The notes under the pieces: generated by a model
Told to the model about the DNA's origin: nothing
Databases searched by the model: none
Seen by the model: the letters and a program-made list of their open reading frames with translations, nothing else
Origin: Paraspadella gotoi
Lineage: Eukaryota; Animalia; Chaetognatha
DNA: 10,525 nucleotides
Direction of reading: 5' to 3'
NCBI GenBank assembly: GCA_051294375.1
Contig: JBJCIZ010001604.1
Location: forward strand, 1 to 10,525
Program-made: the position numbers and the translations under genes
In this document: one piece after another, positions 1-8,542 of the stretch
Layout of the letters: each line of letters opens with the position of its first letter
How positions within the stretch are numbered: position 1 is the first letter of the stretch

Positions 1-92
1 CTCTCTCTCTCTCTTTCTCTTCTACTCTTTCATCTCTCCTCTCTCTCTCTCTCTCTTCTCTCTCATATACTCCTCCTCTCTCTCGTTTTCTT
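1..92. repeat. imperfect (CT)n microsatellite
   Basis: Interrupted CT dinucleotide run read directly from the sequence. Confidence 0.9.
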
Positions 93-688
93 TATCTGTC
101 TATCTGTAGTTTTTCAATTAAAGTACCGTATATATTTATGTATTTTACAATTATTCTGGCGTAAGAACGTCATGTCTCTATGAAACAAATTTTATAAAGT
201 AAAGATTAGCACAGAAAAGGGGAAAAAAATAAGAAATCTCCGCTTGCAAACACTTGGGTTTACCATCTGGAACGAACGAAGCCATCTCGGTCTCTTTTAT
301 TCTTTTACTTCAAGGTTTTCCATTTATTTTTGTATTTTATTGAAATTTCTAAAGGGATTAGAAAGCAACGGAAAAAAAAAATGCGGAAAAAGAAAACGAA
401 TCAGGGACTAAAAAGGTCTTGGTAAAAAACAAAACAAAAACAAAACAAAACAAAAAAAACCCGCGGAACAAAAATCGTGTAAATCAGTTCAAGCCGCAAT
501 TAGAGCAGTTTGAGCGTCACTGCGTCACGGGTTGCTGCGGCGCCGCGGCGTCCGTGCTGCGACACTTGAGCGTTTGCAGCAACGGCTGCAGTGAAAGCGG
601 GATTTCTTTCAGTAAGTCTTTTTGTTTTCTCGACGTACTGCGAGTGAATTCACAGTTTTTTTTTTCTTCTCTTTTCGTTACTCCTTGT

Positions 689-730
<42 letters not shown>

Positions 731-812
731 TCTCTCTACTCTCTCTCCTCTCTCTCTCTCTCTCAATTCTCTCTCTCATCTCAGTCTCCCTCCTCTGCTT
801 CCCCTCTCTCCT
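689..812. repeat. imperfect (CT)n microsatellite
   Basis: Long CT run; it generates the SLSLSL/ERERER tracts of the overlapping ORFs. Confidence 0.92.
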
Positions 813-1028
813 CCTCCACCCAGTTTCTGTTTTCCGCGGTGACATCGGAGATAATGATTTTGAAACGTTTGACAAAATCGGCGGCGAATCATTTCACTTT
901 TTTTCACTGACCCATTTTTTTTTTCTCTCGTCTCGTTTTTATGATATAACATATAAACGAAACGTTAATCTTCTCTTGAAGAATGCTCTCATGGAAAAAC
1001 GTTTTCCCCGGCGCGGAACGAAATTACA

Positions 1029-1098
1029 AGAGAGAGAGAAAGAGGCAGAGACAAGAGAAATCGAGAGAGAAGGGGAAAAAAAAAAGGCGACGAGAGAG

Positions 1099-1149
<51 letters not shown>

Positions 1150-1182
1150 GAGAGAGAGAGAGAGAGAGAGAGAAGAGAGAGA
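1029..1182. repeat. imperfect (GA)n microsatellite
   Basis: Long GA run, near-perfect at about 1102-1180. Confidence 0.92.
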
Positions 1183-1329
1183 ACTAAAAATCGAAAAGAA
1201 AAGCAATAAAAATGGGATGAATTGAAAATAAAACGTCCGTTGACATTCATATGAAGCCATTTCACGCAATACTGTCCCTTTTTTTCGTTCTTTGCCCGTT
1301 CTAGCTCAAACTTTCCCAATCCAATCCTT

Positions 1330-1497
1330 ACTCATTCTTAACCCCTTCTTCTCCTTTCTTCTCTCTCTTTCCTTTCCTTTTTTTCTCATTTTTCTTCTTT
1401 CTTTCTCTCTTTTCCTTTTCCTTTTTTCCCGCCTTTTTCTCCTTTCTTTTTCCTACCTTTCTTAACTCTCCTTATTCCCTTCCCCTTTTCTTTTTTC
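1330..1497. repeat. polypyrimidine low-complexity tract
   Basis: Almost entirely C/T (ttttcc/ctttct units). Confidence 0.8.
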
Positions 1498-1697
1498 GAA
1501 TTCCCATCGGCCAGACTGACTTACTTGGATATTAAGTTTTTCGTTTTTGCGTCTGGACTCGAATTTCTTTGATTTTTAGAGGGTAAGGGCGAAAAAGGTG
1601 AGTGGGTAGAAGAGTGTGGTAAGGTATGGATGGAAGTGTGGGCGAAGTGGAGAGAGGGAGTGGAAGACTGAAAATTGTAGAGATTTTTGGGTCGTTC

Positions 1698-1722
1698 GGG
1701 GGGGGGGGGGGGTGGGTTGGGG
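1698..1722 (+). repeat. poly-G tract with G-quadruplex potential
   Basis: G15-T-GGG-TT-GGGG. Confidence 0.7.
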
Positions 1723-1899
1723 TGAGAAAATGGCGTCGCTTGAGGGCGAAGAAGGAGAGACGAATGGGGGATTTTTTTTTCCTATCGAGCCCCGATGTCG
1801 AAAGGGTAAGTCCCTGGCACATAATTGGAAACTACACCTTTTGAGACTCGATGTGCGACAGAGAAGGGAGAGAGGTGAGGAAGAAAAATAAGGAAAATA

Positions 1900-2110
1900 A
1901 AGATGAATGAGACGGAAGGAGATGGAATAAATGGAAGAGAATGGCGTTAGAGATGGAAGAAGAATGAACAAAGAAATGGAGAGAGATGGCGTTTAGAGAT
2001 GGAAGATGGTGTTAGAGATGGAAAGAACGATGAGTCGAGGAGAAGATGAAATGGAGAGAGATGATTAGGACAGATGGAGTTAAAGAAGAAAGAGAAGATG
2101 ATATTAGATG
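1900..2110 (+). repeat. degenerate purine-rich minisatellite (GGYGTTAGAGATGGAA / AGATGGA units)
   Basis: ggcgttagagatggaaga (~1943), ggcgtttagagatggaaga (~1988) and ggtgttagagatggaaaga (~2008), plus many agatgg/agatga units. Confidence 0.7.
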
Positions 2111-2637
2111 AAATATTAGTTTCAGAGTCATGATTTTGCAGGAAGATTTTCGTAGTGCATGGATCATCCAATTTGAGGGAGACAGAAGGTCTCTGAAGAT
2201 CAGTGCTTAATGACGTGCATATATATTAATGAATAAAAAATCATGTTATCTACCCAGAAATATCGTTTATTTTTAATATTATTGGCATGGAAAAGACCAA
2301 TCTTATTATCATTAACTAGACCGAATTGATATTAGAGATGAAAGACGGCATTAAAGATCAGAAGAAGCGGTAAAGAGTCCACAGGGTAGCGAGAAATAGA
2401 TTCCAGTGAGATATTAATAACCGATAAACATGGTGAATTATAACAGGATGCGAGAGAAGAAAATATTAAAAATAAAAGAAGATAGATTAGGCTGGAATGA
2501 GAATTTAATTTGCGCTCTATACGTTATTTTCGACTGCGTTGTTTCAAAACTCGTTTCCTGAAGCTAAAAAAAAAACCCCGATAAAGCTACAAAAAACACT
2601 CGTCCGACCCAGAATTGTCGACCTCCGGATAACCCGA

Positions 2638-2716
2638 ACCCTCTCTCTGACCCTCTTTTATCCTCTGACCCTCTCTGATCCTCTTTCCTACCGAATCCTC
2701 CATGATCCTCTGACCC
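2638..2716 (+). repeat. degenerate ~10-bp tandem repeat (CCTCTCTGAY)
   Basis: ctctctgacc, cctctgacc, ctctctgatc and cctctgacc recur in tandem. Confidence 0.6.
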
Positions 2717-3168
2717 CAAATTCAGATTGACCCGGATTTTCGATGGATCCAAAGTCCTCTTTCCCCCGATCGGCTCACTGAGTCTCTGTATCCCGTCTCG
2801 ACCCTAGACTGATAGCACCCCACCACCAAGTCCTGACTCCCTTTATATATTCCCGATCCTCGATCGACGCGGCGTGGGGGGGAGGAGAGAGGGGGGCTCG
2901 GCTCCGATAAGGAGCGGGGCGTGCCGTATCGGTCGCGGAGGTCGAGGGGAGAGCCTCGTTTCGATGTTAAAAGAGCGCGCGGACCGATCGTGGCCTCCGG
3001 CCCCTTTTTCGGTCACGCACTCCCCACACGTCGCCTCCTCTGCCCTTCTTCGCGCCCCCCTCGCCCCGTCGACGAAATCACAATTGAATGGAAATCGCAG
3101 CTCGAATCTCAACCCAGAGTGTAAAATGAGGAGAGAGAAAAAAAACACGGTTTTGTGAGAAAAAAAAT

Positions 3169-3172
<4 letters not shown>

Positions 3173-3199
<27 letters not shown>

Positions 3200-3252
3200 C
3201 TCTCTCTCTACTCTCACTCTCTCTCTCTCATCTACTCTCTCTCTCTTCTCTC
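3173..3252. repeat. imperfect (CT)n microsatellite
   Basis: Direct observation. Confidence 0.9.
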
Positions 3253-3490
3253 CACAATTCTTCGTTGGCAACCGGAATCGCAATTTCTTGAATTTCCTTC
3301 GAATTCACGAAATCTTGAAAAGAAGCGACGGATCACGTGTGGACCCCGTATTACGACCCATATGGGTGATCACGTGACCGCGTTTTGACCCTCTTATAGG
3401 AGCGATTGCCTGTGACCGCGGTTGGGGGCATGAAACGACGGCGTCGAATCACACCGCCATTTCAAATTTCATCGCTTATCTCACTCGGAG

Positions 3491-3527
3491 CGACGACGAC
3501 GACACGACGACGCGGACGACGACGACG
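3491..3527. repeat. imperfect (GAC)n trinucleotide repeat
   Basis: cgacgacgacgacacgacgacgcggacgacgacgacg. Confidence 0.8.
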
Positions 3528-3779
3528 AAATACGCGAGGTTCATTCGTCAATCTGTGAAATATCGTCAGTCATTCAGTCACGTCAAGTCGGTCAAACAAC
3601 AGATTGATAGACAGATGGAAATGAAAGAGAACGTAATTATTATGGGAATACCATGTAAAATAAAATTATACCTATTTTTTCTATGATTTTTCTTGCTTAT
3701 CTATTATTGATAAATTCATCTTTGTGCACTTCTCGCTTTAGCATGATTAAAATGCGTTTATTCTCAGTTCTCCCTCGGC

Positions 3780-3950
3780 CATGTCGTGATTTAACTCACC
3801 AAGTTAACGAACGTCAAACCAAAGTCACGCCCCAGGTTCCATTCGGTTTCCATTTTCTCATCCACGTTTCTACATTTTCTTTTCCGTTGATTCATTTTTT
3901 CCTTTTCATTTCCCAGAATTTTAATGACTTTTTCGCTTTTTTCTTTTTTC
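3780..3950 (+). repeat. duplicated block A, copy 1 (direct repeat of 6750-6910)
   Basis: Both copies start catgtcgtgattt, share actcacc and an identical aaagtcacgccccaggttccattcgg core, then an alignable T-rich tail; offset 2970 bp. Confidence 0.9.
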
Positions 3951-3951
3951 T

Positions 3952-4205
3952 AAAACCTAATTCGAGACGTTTAATCTGTTAAAAAAATATGATATAAAAA
4001 TCTGAAAAGGGAAGAAAGAAAGAAGATGAGAAGGATTCAAGAGTTTGTCAAGACAGGAAGCGAAGCATCGATCCGAGAGAGAATAATGTTCCAAATAATG
4101 GCGAAATTTCGTAAATAAAAAAAAGAAAAGCTTCAATTTTTGCACAAAGACTTCACCATGTTATTTGATATAACAAAAATTTAAAATGTTATATTACAAA
4201 AGCAT
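3952..4205 (+). repeat. duplicated block B, copy 1 (direct repeat of ~9431-9733)
   Basis: Collinear shared words: tgaaaagggaag, caagagtttg, aggaagc, atccg, aataatgg, ttcaatttt, aagactt, caccat, aaaaatttaaaa, ttacaaaagc. Confidence 0.85.
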
Positions 4206-4394
4206 ATAGCCCTAATTTAGAGTAAAAAATTGCAAACTGGACTCGGATAAATGTAATAAAATAACGGTAGGTTGACAATATGACCGTTCACCAAACCAAT
4301 AAAAAACCACACCATACAATTTCTCAACTTTCCAGTATCGACCTCACTTCTTCCACAGTCTTTCAAGAACCATTTTTTTTCATATCCGTTAGTT

Positions 4395-4734
4395 TCACCA
4401 ATTATTGTGTGGGTCGCCGCCGCCACCGTAACGCTCGCCCACCCAAAACGTTTGCCGCTCTACATAGCTACCACCGCCACACCTACCTCCTCCCATTACC
4501 GCACCACACCATAAGCGTTCACCATAGCGACCGCCGCCACCACATACTTCCGCCACCACCATAACCTCCCTCACCATTACGCCACACCATAACTTCGCCC
4601 ACCACCGTAGCGTCCACCATAGCGACCACGCCACACAAAGCGTCCACCTCCTTTACCGCCAACTCTTTCCACTCCCGTTAGCGGCGCGGAAGATCCGAAT
4701 CACGCCGGGCCTTCTTGATTTTCCGCGAAATTAA
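4395..4734 (-). CDS. exon 3: RRM beta4 end (VNFA) and glycine-rich GGRYGG/GGYGG tail
   Basis: Acceptor TTTTTCCTTTTTTTCAAATAG at 4735, preceded by a branch-point-like GCTCAC. Followed by NFAENQEG and recurring GGT/GGC/GGA codons interspersed with CGC-TAT/TAC. Confidence 0.82.
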
Positions 4735-5718
4735 CTATTTGAAAAAAAGGAAAAATTGAGTGAGCATATTTAATTCGTATTTAATTTGATAATTTGAGAC
4801 TTGACGCGACATTGGACGGCATTGAAGTTTTAAAAAGTATTAACATTTTATTAACCAAGATCGTATTCGATGTTAAGTAATCACGTGATAACGCAAGCAC
4901 GACAAATGACAAGAATCTATTGATTGTGCCAATAGATATTCAAATTGATCCAGCATTACATGATCACAAATTTCGATCATTTAAAACGTAGGGTAGGACA
5001 ATGACCTATAAGATAATAGACACACTGACAGACATACAGAAAACAGACAAGCAGAACAGAAAAGTTATACTAACCCGACCACTGATTGTCCGCCCCATCA
5101 AGATCACTACTATTCAGGACATCGACGGCTTTTTTGGCTGATTTATGAATTGTTTTTCTAAAGTGACAAAGGCGAATCCTTTGCTCACGACCCGTTTCAC
5201 GGTCCGTATGAGTTGACATCAGAAAACGTGAAACCCTTGCCCGAGCGGCACTCTTTCAAAGAGGAACGAAGGTCTTCTTCCGTAGTTGAACTAGTCCAGA
5301 TTACCTGACGCGAGGGAAAGGAAAAGGAAATGGCTGTTAAATATCAAGATATTAGTTTATTTACAAAAGTGAAAATTTGCGTCGCCGTTGCACGTTTATA
5401 AATATGTTGTTGTGGTAATCGGGTGTACAAGAACCACAGTGTATATGGCGCCGGAGATTTAGCGTCGTTCCAAAGTAGTCGGGTCGCACCACTGCTGGAT
5501 TAACACAAGAAAGCGGGATGGGGCCGTCTACACCCACTAATAGGCGTAATTAATGTTCTGGCCAAAGTCTTGAAAACTTGTTTGCTACCGACGTCAAAAT
5601 GCTTGCGGACCGTCTTCGAAAAATTTTGCTTACCCAGTGGAGTCTCAAATCCTGTCGCTTGAACTGACGCCGTCAGGAAGATTGTTCCTGCGAGGAGAAA
5701 CGGGACAAGGAAATGCAT
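4395..5718 (-). CDS. three-exon gene for a signal-peptide-bearing glycine-rich RNA-binding protein (single RRM + Gly/Tyr/Arg-rich tail), ~210 aa; join of 5718-5634, 5304-5080 and 4734-~4395; multiple single-base frameshifts as written
   Basis: ATG in an AAAACAATG context; two GT-AG phase-1 introns (329 and 345 nt) with polypyrimidine tracts. Indel-corrected translation (my reconstruction): MHFLVPFLLAGTIFLTASVQATG-[FETPL as written, or LRLHV]-GNLDYSTTEEDLRSSLKECRSGKGFTFSDVKLIRDRETGRSKGFAFVTLE...SAKKAVDVLNSSDLDGRTISVNFAENQEG...GGKGGGRF..GRYGGRYGGGRSYG...YGGGGDPHNNW*. The exact stop is uncertain because of indels. Confidence 0.85.
5080..5304 (-). CDS. exon 2: core of the RRM domain
   Basis: Acceptor TTTCCTTTTCCTTTCCCTCGCGTCAG at 5305. 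Encodes STTEEDLR, DRETGR (5204-5187), RNP1 KGFAFVTL (5182-5159), AKKAVDVLNSSDLDG and RTIS. Donor most likely GTCGGG at 5079 (restores ISVNFA); alternative GTTAGT at 5074. Confidence 0.88.
5634..5718 (-). CDS. exon 1: signal peptide plus start of RRM beta1/RNP2
   Basis: MHFLVPFLLAGTIFLTASVQA: hydrophobic core with V-Q-A at -3/-1. 85 nt, ending at the consensus donor G|GTAAGC (intron starts 5633), phase 1, which joins in frame to GT-AAT-CTG (G-N-L) of exon 2. Confidence 0.85.
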
Positions 5719-5860
5719 TGTTTTATATTTATTGTAATAAAAAATTATAGAAACTATGAACTAAAAATAAGAACACAAGAAAATGTTTCAAAAGAACAAG
5801 GAGAAAGAAAAATGTAACGACGGTAACCAAAGTGGTTCAGCCAGTTTCGGAGTTCTCTTG

Positions 5861-5900
5861 CTTTTATATTGATACAGGGATTTAATAAAAACCGGATTGG
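5861..5900 (-). promoter_or_regulatory. core promoter of the RRM gene: TATA box and CCAAT box
   Basis: TATAAAAG at 5868-5861 and CCAAT at 5900-5896 on the minus strand, ~145-180 nt upstream of the ATG, followed by a pyrimidine-rich leader. Confidence 0.6.
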
Positions 5901-6749
5901 TTTATTTTTCGTAAAACTTGTAATAGAAGATTCGTCTTGAAAATCCTAAAATTTTTTTTATATTGGAGCATAATTTTTTCTTCTTGCTTGTCGAAACAAA
6001 ATATTTAATAATGTATATTTCTTCGAGTTGTCTCCCTAATCATATTTATTCTTTTAAACTCATTAAGTTTTTGAGCACAAGTATGTACTTCAAATTGGCT
6101 CGTGGTTGGAAGACTTTGTTGATGGTGGCGATTAAACGGAGATTTTCCAGGTGATTCCGGTTTTTTCAACGGTTTTTAAAATTGAAACCAAAAAGTTTAA
6201 GCTTCAGTTTTCGCTTCATAAACTTATCTCTCTAACAAAATATTTCGACATTTTAAACAAAATCACTTGGCAAGGTGAGAAATATTTTTTCCTAATATTT
6301 ATGCACGGCACACCCGGTAGAATAATCTTTGTGAATGTGGGAAAAAAAAAACCGATAAAGACTAATTGATTTAATCGATGTACGCGCCGAAAACGATAAA
6401 CAAATTAAGGTTCGCCTTATGTGGGTATATATCTGTGAGGAGGTGAAATAAATTAAATGCGGGTGGTTTATTAATAACTAAACAATTTTACTAAGCAAAA
6501 AAAAAAAAAAAATCTTTACCATTTAATGCGTCAGTATTGCTACACGGTGATAGCGTACTTGCTCGCAATGCAGCGTCTAAGCAAGCAAGGGTTTTTGGGG
6601 GAATGACAGAAGGCAATCTATCCAAGCATTAAGCGAATCTGTGAACTGTAAGAGCCAATCAATCGAAGATTCGAAATATCACCGCGTCTCTCATCACGTG
6701 ATCTTTCTCTAACGCAGTCTTTGGCTTAGGATCCAGCACTGACTCGTCT

Positions 6750-6910
6750 CATGTCGTGATTTTACTCACCAGTTAACGACGTCAAAATCAAAGTCACGCC
6801 CCAGGTTCCATTCGGCTCGCCATTTTCTATCACGTTTCTTCTTTTTCATTTGATTCAATTTTTTCCTTTAATTTCCTAGATTTTAAAAATTTATCAGCTT
6901 TTTTCTTTCT
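6750..6910 (+). repeat. duplicated block A, copy 2
   Basis: Aligns with 3780-3950 (see copy 1). Confidence 0.9.
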
Positions 6911-6978
6911 CACTCGAAAAGGCAAATCTATGACCCGAAGAGAAGCCCCGATCCTTACAGAAAGACCTGCAACCGGAA

Positions 6979-7040
6979 GACAAACAACAAGCAACAACAA
7001 AACAACAACAACAAAACAACAACACATCACAACAACACAC
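6979..7040. repeat. imperfect (CAA)n repeat
   Basis: caaacaacaagcaacaacaaaacaacaacaacaaaacaacaac. Confidence 0.8.
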
Positions 7041-7302
7041 ACGGTTCTCGTCCGACCATCGAATCACGAAAATAAACTCACCATCCCAGAAATTCGCATC
7101 CTCACGAGATGTACTCATGCACTCATACTCAAGTCACTTCAAAACTCGTTTCCCCTACCCCCCTAATTCCCCCCCTCTTCGTTCCCCTCCCCAAAGTGGA
7201 TCCCCATCCCCCTTTCCGCATTCTCCCAGGAAAATCCCTTCCCGCGCCGGCGAAAGAAATGAAGGAAAACTGCGCGAGAATCGAGATCGGAATTTGCATC
7301 AT

Positions 7303-7545
7303 TGATGACTGAGGCGATGACGACGAAGATGACGACGAAGACGATGAAAATGACGACGACGAAGAAACGAAGACTGATGACGATGAGGAATAAAGCAAAT
7401 AAGACAAAGATGACACAGAGAATGACGAAGACGCAAAAAATTGAGAAGGTGATAACGATGACTAAGTTTATTAAGATATGACAAAGGTGAACAGAACAAC
7501 TACAGCCTGACTGAAAGAAGATGACGCTGAAAACGATGATGACAA
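7303..7545 (+). repeat. degenerate (GAY/GAA)n trinucleotide low-complexity tract
   Basis: gatgacgacgaagatgacgacgaagacgatgaaaatgacgacgacgaagaa and weaker continuation. Confidence 0.7.
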
Positions 7546-8093
7546 GTACCAAGAGAACGTTTGTATTATAGGATGACAAATACGGGATAATGAAATCAAT
7601 TGTAACATGACGAATATAACAACTTTAAGTTAAAAGGATATTATTTTTCCTGGGAGGGAAAGCAAACGACTCAACAACCACTCAATGGCGAGACGATAAT
7701 GACCGACGACTACGCGACTTTGCCGCTGAAGGCCCGGTGACTGAGTCGTCGGCTACGAGGGCGGAATGGGGTCGCGTTTGTTGTTTGTTTTACAAGCTGC
7801 TCGAATCTGAAGCTTTCTCGATGTTGTCGTTGTTGTCGTCGTCGTTGTAGTTAGGCAAATGCTGGTAGTTTCAAGACGCACTATTCGTGGCACACGAGTT
7901 TCAGGACCGGAAGTTTAAAGACCTACAAGGTTTAGGAACGAAGGTAATGAGCCTCACGCTTCACAAGGAAAGTTACACGATCAGAGCTTAAATGAGACTT
8001 TTTCCGTGGTTGAAGTATCCATTCCATTCGTTCTTTCCAACTTTTCATCCATCCTCTAATCGTCATGTATCCATCGTCGATCCATGACATCTC

Positions 8094-8152
8094 CATCATC
8101 CATCCATCATCCATCCATACCATCCATCCATCCATCCATCATCCTATCCATC
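8094..8152. repeat. (CATC)n tetranucleotide microsatellite
   Basis: catcatccatccatcatccatccataccatccatccatccatccatc. Confidence 0.88.
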
Positions 8153-8405
8153 GATGTCAGCTCTTCAATTATTCTAATCCTCAAGAGGAACCGAGTCTAA
8201 CCATGAGAATGTTGTTCTCATCTTCGTCGTAGAACGTCGTCATCGTCGTATCGTCGATCGTGCGTCATCGTCGTCTTGTAAACATCTTTCGCAATGATCC
8301 GTAAACACATCTCATGAATATGCAAGCGAGACTCCTGTAGCCACCAACACACTGTCACAGACCGTCTAACCACTGTAACCACTGTAAACCAGTGGCGATA
8401 GGCAT

Positions 8406-8457
8406 CTTTCTCTATTATTTCTCTCTTTCTTTTTATTCCTCTCTGTTTCCTCTCTCA

Positions 8458-8491
<34 letters not shown>

Positions 8492-8542
8492 CTCTCTCCT
8501 CTCTCTTCTCTCTCTCTCTCTCTCTCTCGTTCTCTCTCTCTC
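8406..8542. repeat. imperfect (CT)n microsatellite
   Basis: Direct observation. Confidence 0.9.

Noticed and set aside
419-1319. Six overlapping ORFs with SLSLSL or ERERER tracts
   Set aside because: Translations of CT/GA microsatellites, which lack stop codons; no recognisable domain.
1532-3388. Short ORFs across low-complexity and GC-rich segments, including 2843-3283 (146 aa)
   Set aside because: Mostly non-ATG starts, repeat-derived composition, no motif or splice support.
4280-4564. His/Pro-rich + strand ORF
   Set aside because: Antisense shadow of the glycine codons in exon 3.
5500-5633. C-terminal part of the 72-aa ORF 5500-5718 as a small secreted peptide
   Set aside because: A consensus GTAAGC donor at 5633 and an in-frame join to the RRM exon indicate read-through into intron 1; an intron-retained isoform cannot be excluded.
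3780-6910. Block A copies as the LTRs of a retroelement carrying the gene
   Set aside because: No TG...CA termini, PBS, PPT or target-site duplication seen; blocks B and the 3' UTR are also duplicated, which fits tandem segmental duplication better.
7701-7777. HDV-like ribozyme (gcggaatgggg resembles J4/2-P2)
   Set aside because: The L3 loop lacks the UCC/UUC needed for P1.1, and the putative P3 is not adjacent to the 3' strand of P1.
6830-8135. Val/Ser/Trp-rich minus-strand ORFs resembling membrane proteins
   Set aside because: Produced by antisense reading of CAA, GAC/GAT and CATC repeats.
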